From positions 2,909 to 66,908 of the forward strand of contig CALBIC010000181.1 in assembly GCA_937892915.1 (NCBI GenBank): a stretch of DNA of 64,000 nt. Reading direction: 5' to 3'. Below, one piece after another: positions 7,815 to 15,441 of the stretch (position 1 is the stretch's first letter; each line of letters begins with the position of its first letter). The translations under genes were made by a program, and so were the position numbers. The notes under the pieces are model-generated. The model saw only the letters and a list, made by a program, of their open reading frames with translations, had not been told where the DNA came from and did no database searches. This stretch comes from an uncultured Rhodobacterales bacterium. GTDB taxonomy: Bacteria > Pseudomonadota > Alphaproteobacteria > Rhodobacterales > Rhodobacteraceae.

Positions 7815-9649
7815 ATCCGGTGGTAATCTGCCTGTCACGTTCGGGCGAACCTGTGGCGCATCAGGTGGCGGCAGCCTTGGGCTGTGCGGTGCATGGTCGC
7901 GAGGGGCGTGTTGATCGGGCGGATGCGTTCTTTGCAAATGCGCTTGATCATGTGCGGACATTGTTTGCAGCAGGCGTGCCAATTGTCGGGGTCTGTGCGG
8001 CGGGGATTTTGATCCGGGCAGTGGCGCCATTGCTTGCGGATAAACGCAACGAACCGCCGGTTGTTGCGGTTCCGGATGATGGCAGTGTAGTCGTGCCGCT
8101 GTTGGGCGGTCATCGTGGGGCAAACCGGCTGGCGCGCCAGATTGCCGAAGTTTTGGGCGCGAAAGCTGCAGTAACTACGGCGGGTGATGTGGCGCTTGGG
8201 GTTGCGTTGGATGAGCCGCCTGCGGGTTGGGTTCTGGAGAATCTGCAAAACGCCAAAGCGGCGATGATGGCTATGCTGAACGGCACGCCTGCGCATGTTG
8301 ATGGCGATGAGGCGTTCAAAGCGGGGTGGCTTGACGATTTGCCAGCCGCCGATCCTTTGGCCGATGGTGACGTGGTTGATCTGATCTGCACGATGCAGCC
8401 TTGGCCGGCTCCGAGAGACACAACACTGATTTACCGGCCACAGCGGGCGGTTCTGGGGGTTGGTTGCGCGCGCAACTGTCCGCCTGAGGAATTGGTCGCA
8501 CTGGTCGAGGGTTTGTTGGCCGGGGCCGGGATTGCGCCCAAAGCATTGCGAGCGGTGGCCAGCCTTGATCTGAAGGCGGATGAACCGGCGGTTCTGGCGC
8601 TGGCGCGGCATCTGGGCGTGCCGTTGCGGATTTTTACGGCGGCGGAACTGGAGGCTGAAACTGGGCGGACGGAAAATCCGTCGGACGTGGTTTTTGCCGA
8701 GGTCGGCACGCATGGCGTGGCTGAAAACGCGGCATTGGCAGCGGCGGGGCCGTCGGCGGGATTGGCGTATCCCAAAATCAAGTCAGCAATGGCCACGGCG
8801 GCTTTGGCGGTTGCACCGCAACCGATCATCGAACTACGTGGCAGGTCGCGTGGCAAGTTGTCGATCATCGGGATTGGGCCGGGGCAACATTCGTGGCGGA
8901 CGCCGGAAGCCTCGGCTTTGGTGGCCCAGGCCGAGGAATTGGTAGGATACGGGCTTTATATCGACTTGCTGGGGGCTTTGGCGTTTGGCAAGCAACGCTC
9001 GGACTTCCCGTTGGGGGGTGAGGAAGACCGGTGCCGGTATGCGTTGGAACGGGCTGGCGAGGGGCGTAATGTGGCGCTGATTTGTTCGGGTGATGCCGGG
9101 ATTTATGCGATGGGGGCCTTGGTGTTTGAATTGCTGGACCGTGGACCCGACCAGATGGGGGTTTCAGACGCGGCGCGGCGGGTTGAGGTGGTCTCGACCC
9201 CCGGCGTGTCGGCCTTACAAGGGGCGGCAGCGCGGGCGGGCGCGCCGCTTGGGCATGATTTTTGTGCGATTTCGCTGAGCGATCTTTTGACGCCGCGCGC
9301 CGATATTCTGAAGCGTTTGAAAGCCGCCGCCGAAGGTGATTTTGTGATCGCATTTTACAATCCGGTGTCGATGCGCCGGCGGACCTTGCTGGCCGAGGCG
9401 CGGGATATTTTGCTGGCGCATCGGCCCGCCGATACGCCAGTGATGCTGGCCAGTTCGCTTGGCCGGGCTGAGGAACATGTGCGCTATCGCCGGTTGGATG
9501 AGTTGCAGGTGGATGAGGTTGATATGCTGACGGTGGTGCTGGTCGGTTCGTCGCAATCACGGCTGGCGATGCTGGGCGAGGGGCCAAGGATGTATACGCC
9601 GCGGGGGTATGCACGGCGGATTGACGGGGATTTGTCTGAGGCTGGATAG
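7805..9649 (+). CDS. cobJ: CbiG-like domain fused to precorrin-3B / cobalt-factor-III C17-methyltransferase (CobJ/CbiH)
   Basis: 614 aa. The N-terminal ~350 aa are CbiG-like. The C-terminal part is a methylase starting KLSIIGIGPGQHSWRTPEA...GYGLYIDLL. TTG start at 7805 overlaps the cobI stop; the exact start is uncertain (GTG 7820 is possible). Confidence 0.8.
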   Translation: MALDPVVICLSRSGEPVAHQVAAALGCAVHGREGRVDRADAFFANALDHVRTLFAAGVPIVGVCAAGILIRAVAPLLADKRNEPPVVAVPDDGSVVVPLLGGHRGANRLARQIAEVLGAKAAVTTAGDVALGVALDEPPAGWVLENLQNAKAAMMAMLNGTPAHVDGDEAFKAGWLDDLPAADPLADGDVVDLICTMQPWPAPRDTTLIYRPQRAVLGVGCARNCPPEELVALVEGLLAGAGIAPKALRAVASLDLKADEPAVLALARHLGVPLRIFTAAELEAETGRTENPSDVVFAEVGTHGVAENAALAAAGPSAGLAYPKIKSAMATAALAVAPQPIIELRGRSRGKLSIIGIGPGQHSWRTPEASALVAQAEELVGYGLYIDLLGALAFGKQRSDFPLGGEEDRCRYALERAGEGRNVALICSGDAGIYAMGALVFELLDRGPDQMGVSDAARRVEVVSTPGVSALQGAAARAGAPLGHDFCAISLSDLLTPRADILKRLKAAAEGDFVIAFYNPVSMRRRTLLAEARDILLAHRPADTPVMLASSLGRAEEHVRYRRLDELQVDEVDMLTVVLVGSSQSRLAMLGEGPRMYTPRGYARRIDGDLSEAG

Positions 9650-9714
9650 GGGCGCTGCCCCTCTGGCCTGCGGCCATTCACCCCGGGGTATTTTTGAAAC
9701 TATGATAATGAAAG
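9648..9714. repeat. REP/MITE-like mosaic repeat copy (GGGGCGCTGCCCC hairpin plus CCCCGGGGTATTTTTGAAACTATGAT arm)
   Basis: Lies in the cobJ-cobM spacer. Shares modules with the copies at 3031, 5884, 16600 and 60597. Confidence 0.7.
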
Positions 9715-9721
9715 TGTTGAA

Positions 9722-10513
9722 ATGACTGTATATTTTATTGGCGCTGGGCCGGGTGATCCGGATTTGATCACTGTGAAGGGGCGGCGGCTGATTGAGCATT
9801 GTCCGGTTTGCTTGTTTGCGGGTTCTCTGGTGCCCGAGGCGGTTGTCGCTTATGCGCCAAAGGGGGCGCGGGTGATGGATACGGCGGCAATGACGCTGAC
9901 CGATACGCACCGCGAAATTGTTGAAGCGCATCAGCGCGGCGAAGATGTGGCGCGGGTGCATTCGGGGGATCCGTCGCTTTACGGTGCGATTGCCGAACAG
10001 ATCCGCAAGCTGAAAGCCGAAGGTATTAGGTTTGAAATTATCCCCGGTGTGTCGGCCTATGCCGCCGCCGCCGCTGCAATGGGGCAGGAACTGACGGTGC
10101 CGGAAGTGGCGCAAAGCCTTGTTCTGACGCGGATGTCGATGCAGTCGACATCAATGCCCGCCGGTGAAACGCTGGAGAATTTCGGCCGCAGTGGCGCGAC
10201 TTTGGTGATCCATCTGGCGATCCGAAATATGCGCGAAATTGAACGGCAACTGGTGCCGCTTTATGGCGCTGGGTGTCCGGTTGTGGTGGCGTACCGGGTT
10301 GGCTGGCCGGATCAGATGATTATTCGTGGCACGCTGGGAGATATTCGCCTGAAAGTGCGCAAACAAAAGATCACCCGAACCGCGTTGGTCTTTGTCGGTC
10401 CCGGCATGGCGGAAACCCAGGATTTTGTGGATTCAGCCCTGTATGACCCGGCGAAGCCGCATGTATTGCGCCCGGTTGTCGGTGTTGAGTTGGTGGAGGA
10501 ACACAACACCTGA
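9722..10513 (+). CDS. cobM: Precorrin-4 / cobalt-precorrin-4 C11-methyltransferase
   Basis: 263 aa, starting MTVYFIGAGPGDPDLITVKG...LFAGSLVP. Typical CobM/CbiF. Confidence 0.88.
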   Translation: MTVYFIGAGPGDPDLITVKGRRLIEHCPVCLFAGSLVPEAVVAYAPKGARVMDTAAMTLTDTHREIVEAHQRGEDVARVHSGDPSLYGAIAEQIRKLKAEGIRFEIIPGVSAYAAAAAAMGQELTVPEVAQSLVLTRMSMQSTSMPAGETLENFGRSGATLVIHLAIRNMREIERQLVPLYGAGCPVVVAYRVGWPDQMIIRGTLGDIRLKVRKQKITRTALVFVGPGMAETQDFVDSALYDPAKPHVLRPVVGVELVEEHNT

Positions 10514-10586
10514 CTATTTTACATAAGTTTCACTTGCCCGAATCGGTGTTTCGCTGACCACTGGTTCAGGGACGAGGGGACCGACA

Positions 10587-10931
10587 ATGATTTACGATCT
10601 GCCAGACGAGGTTCGCAAAGGGCTGGAATTTGCCCGCAAGCGGGACATGGGGCGCAAAAACCGGCTGCGTGTGCATGTTGGGGAAAATGTCCACAGCATC
10701 CTGCGCCTGTGGGATCAGGGGTTTGCGCTGGACGCCCAAACCGCGCCGCTTATTCGTGGATTTGTGGATATCTATGACAGCGGCAAACAGTTGTATCAGT
10801 GCCTTGTCATGTGTTCGTCAGTTGAAGGCGGGGAACGAATTTACGAATTCAAGCGCCAGACCGCGGTTGTCACCGAAGCACCGGTTGATTTTTGGCGCGA
10901 CCAGAATGCGCCGGTTGGTCTGTTGACTTAG
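10587..10931 (+). CDS. Hypothetical protein (possible degenerate PilZ-like fold)
   Basis: 114-aa ORF directly after cobM. RKNRLRV followed by LWDQGFAL loosely resembles the PilZ RxxxR / DxSxxG pattern but does not match it exactly. Confidence 0.5.
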   Translation: MIYDLPDEVRKGLEFARKRDMGRKNRLRVHVGENVHSILRLWDQGFALDAQTAPLIRGFVDIYDSGKQLYQCLVMCSSVEGGERIYEFKRQTAVVTEAPVDFWRDQNAPVGLLT

Positions 10932-11113
10932 CTGGTTCTGATTGCCGAAGGTCGCATAAGCGAAAACAACGGTGTGGCGGATAATTTTCGATCATCTGAC
11001 GAGAACCAAGGGGTTTCTTACCGAACCCACGCAATTTTCGCTGAAAAATGCCAAGACATTCCAAGCCGGTCTGATAGAAGGCTGAAAGCAAAGATTCCAA
11101 AGGAGAAGTCGCC

Positions 11114-12169
11114 GTGATCAAGACCCCATATTTGTTGTTTCTGGGCGATGCGCCGGATGCATTGTCTGCGAAAGTGGCGCAAGGGATCAAAGATTGGCGG
11201 CCCGATGCATCGGTCGGGCAATTGCGCATGGAGGGTTGCAAGGCAGACGTGAAACTGCCCGACCTGACATTGGCCGAAGCCAAGGCGGCGGGGGCGAAAA
11301 CTCTGGTGATAGGCGTGGCCAATCGCGGCGGATATATTTCAGCGTCGTGGAAAAAGGTGCTGATCGTGGCGCTTGAGATGGGCTTTGATCTTGCGTCCGG
11401 CTTGCACAATCTTTTGCGCGACGAACCTGAACTTGTGGCCGCGGCCAATGCCAATGGGGGTATGTTGCATGACGTGCGGGTGCCGTCGGTCGAGTATCCG
11501 ATTGCTAATGGCAAAATCCGCAGCGGCAAGCGCTGTCTGGCGGTCGGGACGGATTGCTCGGTCGGCAAGATGTACACCGCGATTGCGATGGAGCGGGAAA
11601 TGCATGCGCGCGGTATGCGGGCGACGTTTCGGGCAACCGGGCAGACGGGGATTTTGATCACAGGTGGTGGCGTGCCACTGGATGCGGTGATTGCAGATTT
11701 CATGGCGGGTGCGGTGGAATATTTGACGCCGGACAATGCAGACGATCATTGGGATCTGATCGAAGGGCAGGGGTCGCTGTTTCATGTGTCTTATTCGGGG
11801 GTGACGCTGGCGCTGGTGCATGGTGGGCAGCCGGATGCATTGATCCTGTGCACCGAACCAACGCGCGCGCATATGCGCGGTTTGCCGGAATACCAGCAAC
11901 CAAGCCTTGAAGCGTTGCGCGATACCGCGCTGACCTTGGCGCGGGTAGGTAATCCGAATTGTCAGGTGGTGGCGGTGTCAGTCAACACGCAGCATTTAAA
12001 CGAGGCGGATGCGCTGGCGCATATGGCCGAGGTCGAGGTGCGGATCGGATTGCCGACGGTTGACCCTTATCGGCAAGGTGCGGCGCGTTTGGTGGATGCG
12101 TTGGACGGCATCACGGCGCGGCAGAAACCAGAAGCGGCCTTGACCGGTCATATCACGCCCGATGCGTAA
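11114..12169 (+). CDS. dgcN: DUF1611-family protein, D-glutamate N-acetyltransferase-like (DgcN)
   Basis: 351 aa with a GTG start. DUF1611-type sequence (GVANRGG..., GTDCSVGKMYT). Immediately followed by an enolase-superfamily epimerase, the published DgcN-DgcA arrangement. Confidence 0.7.
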   Translation: MIKTPYLLFLGDAPDALSAKVAQGIKDWRPDASVGQLRMEGCKADVKLPDLTLAEAKAAGAKTLVIGVANRGGYISASWKKVLIVALEMGFDLASGLHNLLRDEPELVAAANANGGMLHDVRVPSVEYPIANGKIRSGKRCLAVGTDCSVGKMYTAIAMEREMHARGMRATFRATGQTGILITGGGVPLDAVIADFMAGAVEYLTPDNADDHWDLIEGQGSLFHVSYSGVTLALVHGGQPDALILCTEPTRAHMRGLPEYQQPSLEALRDTALTLARVGNPNCQVVAVSVNTQHLNEADALAHMAEVEVRIGLPTVDPYRQGAARLVDALDGITARQKPEAALTGHITPDA

Positions 12170-12193
12170 ACTTCAGTTGCAGGAGGGGACGCT

Positions 12194-13162
12194 GTGAAAT
12201 TGTCAGTAACAGCCGATGTTTTTCGTCTGGCGCAGGTCTTCACCATTTCACGCGGTTCGCGCACCGAAGCGCACGTGTTAACGGTGACAATCACCGACGG
12301 GGCTTACGTCGGGCGCGGTGAATGCGTGCCTTATGCGCGGTATGGCGAAACGCTGGAAAGTGTCGCAGCACAGATCAAAGGGTTGGCGTTGCCGCTGGCC
12401 CGCGATGCTTTACAAAACGCGCTGCCCGCTGGGGCGGCACGTAATGCGGTGGATTGCGCGCTTTGGGACTTGGAGGCCAAGAAAACCGGCATTCCAGTCT
12501 GGCAGCTTGCTGGATTGAAGGCCCCGCTGGCTGAGGTCACCGCCTATACGTTGTCGCTGGATACGCCCAAAGCGATGCAGGCACAGGCGGCAAAATATGC
12601 GTTTCGGCCGCTGTTGAAGACCAAGCTGGGCGGTGGGCCGGAAGATGTCACACGTATTCGGGCGGTGCGCGCGGGGGCGCCTGACGCGCGGATTATTGTT
12701 GATGCAAACGAAGGCTGGACGCCGGAGCTTTACCAGACCCTTGCGCCGGTTCTGTTGGATTTGGGGGTCGAGATGGTCGAACAACCTCTGCCCGCCGGTC
12801 AGGATGATGCTTTGCTGAATATGGACCGTGTCTTGCCGGTTTGCGCGGACGAAAGCTGTCATGACCGCGCGTCACTGGCGGGGCTGGTTGGTAAATATGA
12901 TCTGGTCAATATCAAGCTCGATAAAACCGGCGGTCTGACCGAAGCGCTGGCCTTGCGCGCAGTTGCACAAGAATATGGTTTCGGTGTGATGGTTGGCTGT
13001 ATGGTGGGGTCATCGCTGGCGATGGCACCGGCGGTTTTGGTGGCGCAGGGTGCGGCGTTTACAGATCTCGACGGACCGCTGTTGCTGGCCGAAGATCGCG
13101 ACCCGCCGCTTGACTTTGGTGAGGCGGGCGTGCATCCGGCAAAAGCAGCACTTTGGGGTTAA
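12194..13162 (+). CDS. dgcA: Enolase-superfamily dipeptide epimerase / N-acetyl-D-glutamate racemase-like (DgcA)
   Basis: 322 aa with a GTG start. Catalytic pattern seen: KTKLG, DANEGW, EQPL, ADES, KLDKTGG. Confidence 0.75.
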   Translation: MKLSVTADVFRLAQVFTISRGSRTEAHVLTVTITDGAYVGRGECVPYARYGETLESVAAQIKGLALPLARDALQNALPAGAARNAVDCALWDLEAKKTGIPVWQLAGLKAPLAEVTAYTLSLDTPKAMQAQAAKYAFRPLLKTKLGGGPEDVTRIRAVRAGAPDARIIVDANEGWTPELYQTLAPVLLDLGVEMVEQPLPAGQDDALLNMDRVLPVCADESCHDRASLAGLVGKYDLVNIKLDKTGGLTEALALRAVAQEYGFGVMVGCMVGSSLAMAPAVLVAQGAAFTDLDGPLLLAEDRDPPLDFGEAGVHPAKAALWG

Positions 13163-13178
13163 AGAAAGGGATAACATC

Positions 13179-14042
13179 ATGAGCCGTACCGTATATCTGA
13201 ACGGGGAATATCTGCCCGAGGCCGAGGCGAAGGTGTCGATCTTTGACCGGGGCTTTTTGATGGCTGACGGGGTTTACGAAGTGACCTCGGTGCTGGACGG
13301 CAAGCTGTTGGATTTTGCCGGTCATGCCGTTCGGCTGGAACGGTCGTTAAACGAGCTTGATATGGCCAGCCCGATTTCGATGGAAGATCTGTTGGAGGTG
13401 CACCGAGAACTGGTGCGGCTGAATGGTATCAACGAAGGTATGATCTATCTGCAGATCACCCGGGGGTCATCAGGCGATCGGGATTTCGCATTTCCTGACC
13501 CGAAAACGACGTCCTCAACAATTGTCCTGTTTACCCAGAGCAAGCCCGGAATGGCCGCTACTCCGCTGGCAAAAACCGGTATCAGGGTCATTTCCATTGC
13601 CGATCAGCGCTGGGCACGACGGGATATTAAAACCGTGCAGTTGTTGTATCCGTCGATGGGTAAGATGATGGCCAAGGCGGCCGGGGTCGATGACGCTTGG
13701 CTTGTCGAAGACGGGATGGTGACCGAGGGCACCAGCAACAACGCCTATATCGTCAAGGGCAACCGGATCATTACGCGCAACCTGTCCAACGACATCCTGC
13801 ACGGGATCACCCGCGCCGCAGTTCTGCGGTTTGCGCGCGAGGCCCAGATGGAGGTCGAAGAACGGGCGTTCAGTATTGCCGAAGCACAAGCGGCGGACGA
13901 GGCTTTCATCACATCGGCGTCGATGTTTGTGATGCCGGTGGTCGAGATTGATGGCGTGGCTGTTGGCGGTGGTAAACCGGGGCCGCTTGCGACGCGGCTG
14001 CGCGAAATTTATCTGGACGAAAGCCGAAAGGCGGCGATCTGA
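13179..14042 (+). CDS. dat: D-amino-acid aminotransferase (class IV PLP aminotransferase)
   Basis: ORF 12993..14042. Start set at ATG 13179 (MSRTVYLNGEYLPEAEAKVSIFDRGFLMADGVYEV). The upstream extension overlaps dgcA and is Arg/Trp-rich nonsense. Confidence 0.8.
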   Translation: MSRTVYLNGEYLPEAEAKVSIFDRGFLMADGVYEVTSVLDGKLLDFAGHAVRLERSLNELDMASPISMEDLLEVHRELVRLNGINEGMIYLQITRGSSGDRDFAFPDPKTTSSTIVLFTQSKPGMAATPLAKTGIRVISIADQRWARRDIKTVQLLYPSMGKMMAKAAGVDDAWLVEDGMVTEGTSNNAYIVKGNRIITRNLSNDILHGITRAAVLRFAREAQMEVEERAFSIAEAQAADEAFITSASMFVMPVVEIDGVAVGGGKPGPLATRLREIYLDESRKAAI

Positions 14043-14049
14043 GGTCCGT

Positions 14050-14163
14050 TTTCCATTTCTTTTCGGTTAAAATATCCTGGGGGTCCGGGGGTGAAACCCC
14101 CGGCCCGGGCCGGGGGGCTCTGCCCCCCGGAACCCCCCGGGATATTTGCACCGAAAAGAAACA
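14050..14163. repeat. Full palindromic REP/MITE-like element
   Basis: Left arm is TTTCTTTTCGGTTAAAATATCCTGGGGG and right arm is CCCCCCGGGATATTTGCACCGAAAAGAAA, which are near reverse complements. Internal hairpins are GGGGGTGAAACCCCC and GGGGGGCTCTGCCCCCC. A near-identical architecture occurs at 26834-26960. Confidence 0.8.
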
Positions 14164-14219
14164 AATCCTTATCAAATCGTGATGGCGGTACAGGCGGGGC
14201 GCCAATGACCGCCCGATGA

Positions 14220-14275
14220 GAAGACCCCCCTATCGGCGGGGTCCGGCAGGGGGGTCTTCTTCCCCTTTTCCTTTG
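14220..14275 (+). terminator. Hairpin plus T-rich tail (possible terminator of the dgcN-dgcA-dat unit)
   Basis: GAAGACCCCCC (14220-14230) pairs with GGGGGGTCTTC (14249-14259) and is followed by TTCCCCTTTTCCTTT. Confidence 0.4.
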
Positions 14276-14316
14276 GTTCGCCTGCCGTTAGACAGTCAAA
14301 TGACAAGGGGTGGCAT

Positions 14317-15441
14317 ATGGGTCTGAACAAAGAACTTGACGGATTTCTGGTGGTGGCTCTGGAGCAGGCGGTCGCCGCACCTTATTGTAGTCTTTTACTG
14401 GCGGATGCCGGGGCGCGGGTCATCAAGCTTGAACGCCCCGAGGGGGACTTTTGCCGCAATTATGATCGCGCGGCAGACGGGCAAAGCACGTGGTTTGGCT
14501 GGTTGAACCGCGGCAAGCAATCGGTTGTTGTGGATTATGCCAAAGATGAGGACGCTGCGTTGTTGCGCGCACTGATCGCCAAGGCGGATGTGTTTTTGCA
14601 CAACCTTTCACCGAATGCTTTGGCGCGGAACGGGTTTTCGGCGCAGGATTTGCGTGCGCTTAACCCGCGCCTGATCAACTTGCAAATCACCGGCTATGGC
14701 ACCGAAGGCGAGGCTGCGGAAATGAAGGCCTATGATTTTCTGGTGCAGGCGGAAAGCGGGTTATGCGCGGTGACCGGAACGGCAGAACATCCGGCGCGGG
14801 TTGGGGTTTCGATCTGCGATATTGCCACCGGTCTTACCGGGTTTTCGGCAATTTTGCGGGCTTTGTTGCAACGCAGTCGCACCGGTGTTGGGGTTGATCT
14901 GGAAATCTCGATGTTTGACGTTCTGGCCGATTGGATGAATATGCCCCTTCTGGCGCATCGGTATTGGCCGGCCAAACCTGAACGCATGGGGCTGACGCAT
15001 TCGCTGCTGTCGCCCTATGGTGCCTACAGTTGTAAGGGGGGGGATCAAATTCTGATCGCGATCCAGAACAATCGGGAATGGACCGATTTTTGCGCTGAGG
15101 TTTTGCAGCGGCCCGAATTGGGGCCGGACCCACGGTTTGTCGACAATGCGGCGCGGGTGGCCAATCGGGATGCGGTGGATGCCGAGATTGACCGGGTGTT
15201 TTCGACACTTACGCGGGAGGCGGTTGCCGACAAGTTGCAGGCCGCGCGGATTGCGTGGTCGCGGCTTTCCTCGTTGGAAGATTTATCGCAGCATCCGTTT
15301 TTGCGTAAAGCCGAGGCGATGTTTGGCGGCAGCGTGATTGAACTGGTTGACCTTCCGGTGAAAACCGACGGGCCGCGCCCGGTTATGGTACCGCAGTTGG
15401 GACAACACACAAGGGCCGTAAGACAGGAGTTTTTGTCATGA
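14317..15441 (+). CDS. CaiB/BaiF family (class III) CoA-transferase
   Basis: 374 aa. The N-terminus LVVALEQAVAAPYCSLLLADAGARVIKLERPEGD is typical of family III CoA-transferases. Confidence 0.8.
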   Translation: MGLNKELDGFLVVALEQAVAAPYCSLLLADAGARVIKLERPEGDFCRNYDRAADGQSTWFGWLNRGKQSVVVDYAKDEDAALLRALIAKADVFLHNLSPNALARNGFSAQDLRALNPRLINLQITGYGTEGEAAEMKAYDFLVQAESGLCAVTGTAEHPARVGVSICDIATGLTGFSAILRALLQRSRTGVGVDLEISMFDVLADWMNMPLLAHRYWPAKPERMGLTHSLLSPYGAYSCKGGDQILIAIQNNREWTDFCAEVLQRPELGPDPRFVDNAARVANRDAVDAEIDRVFSTLTREAVADKLQAARIAWSRLSSLEDLSQHPFLRKAEAMFGGSVIELVDLPVKTDGPRPVMVPQLGQHTRAVRQEFLS

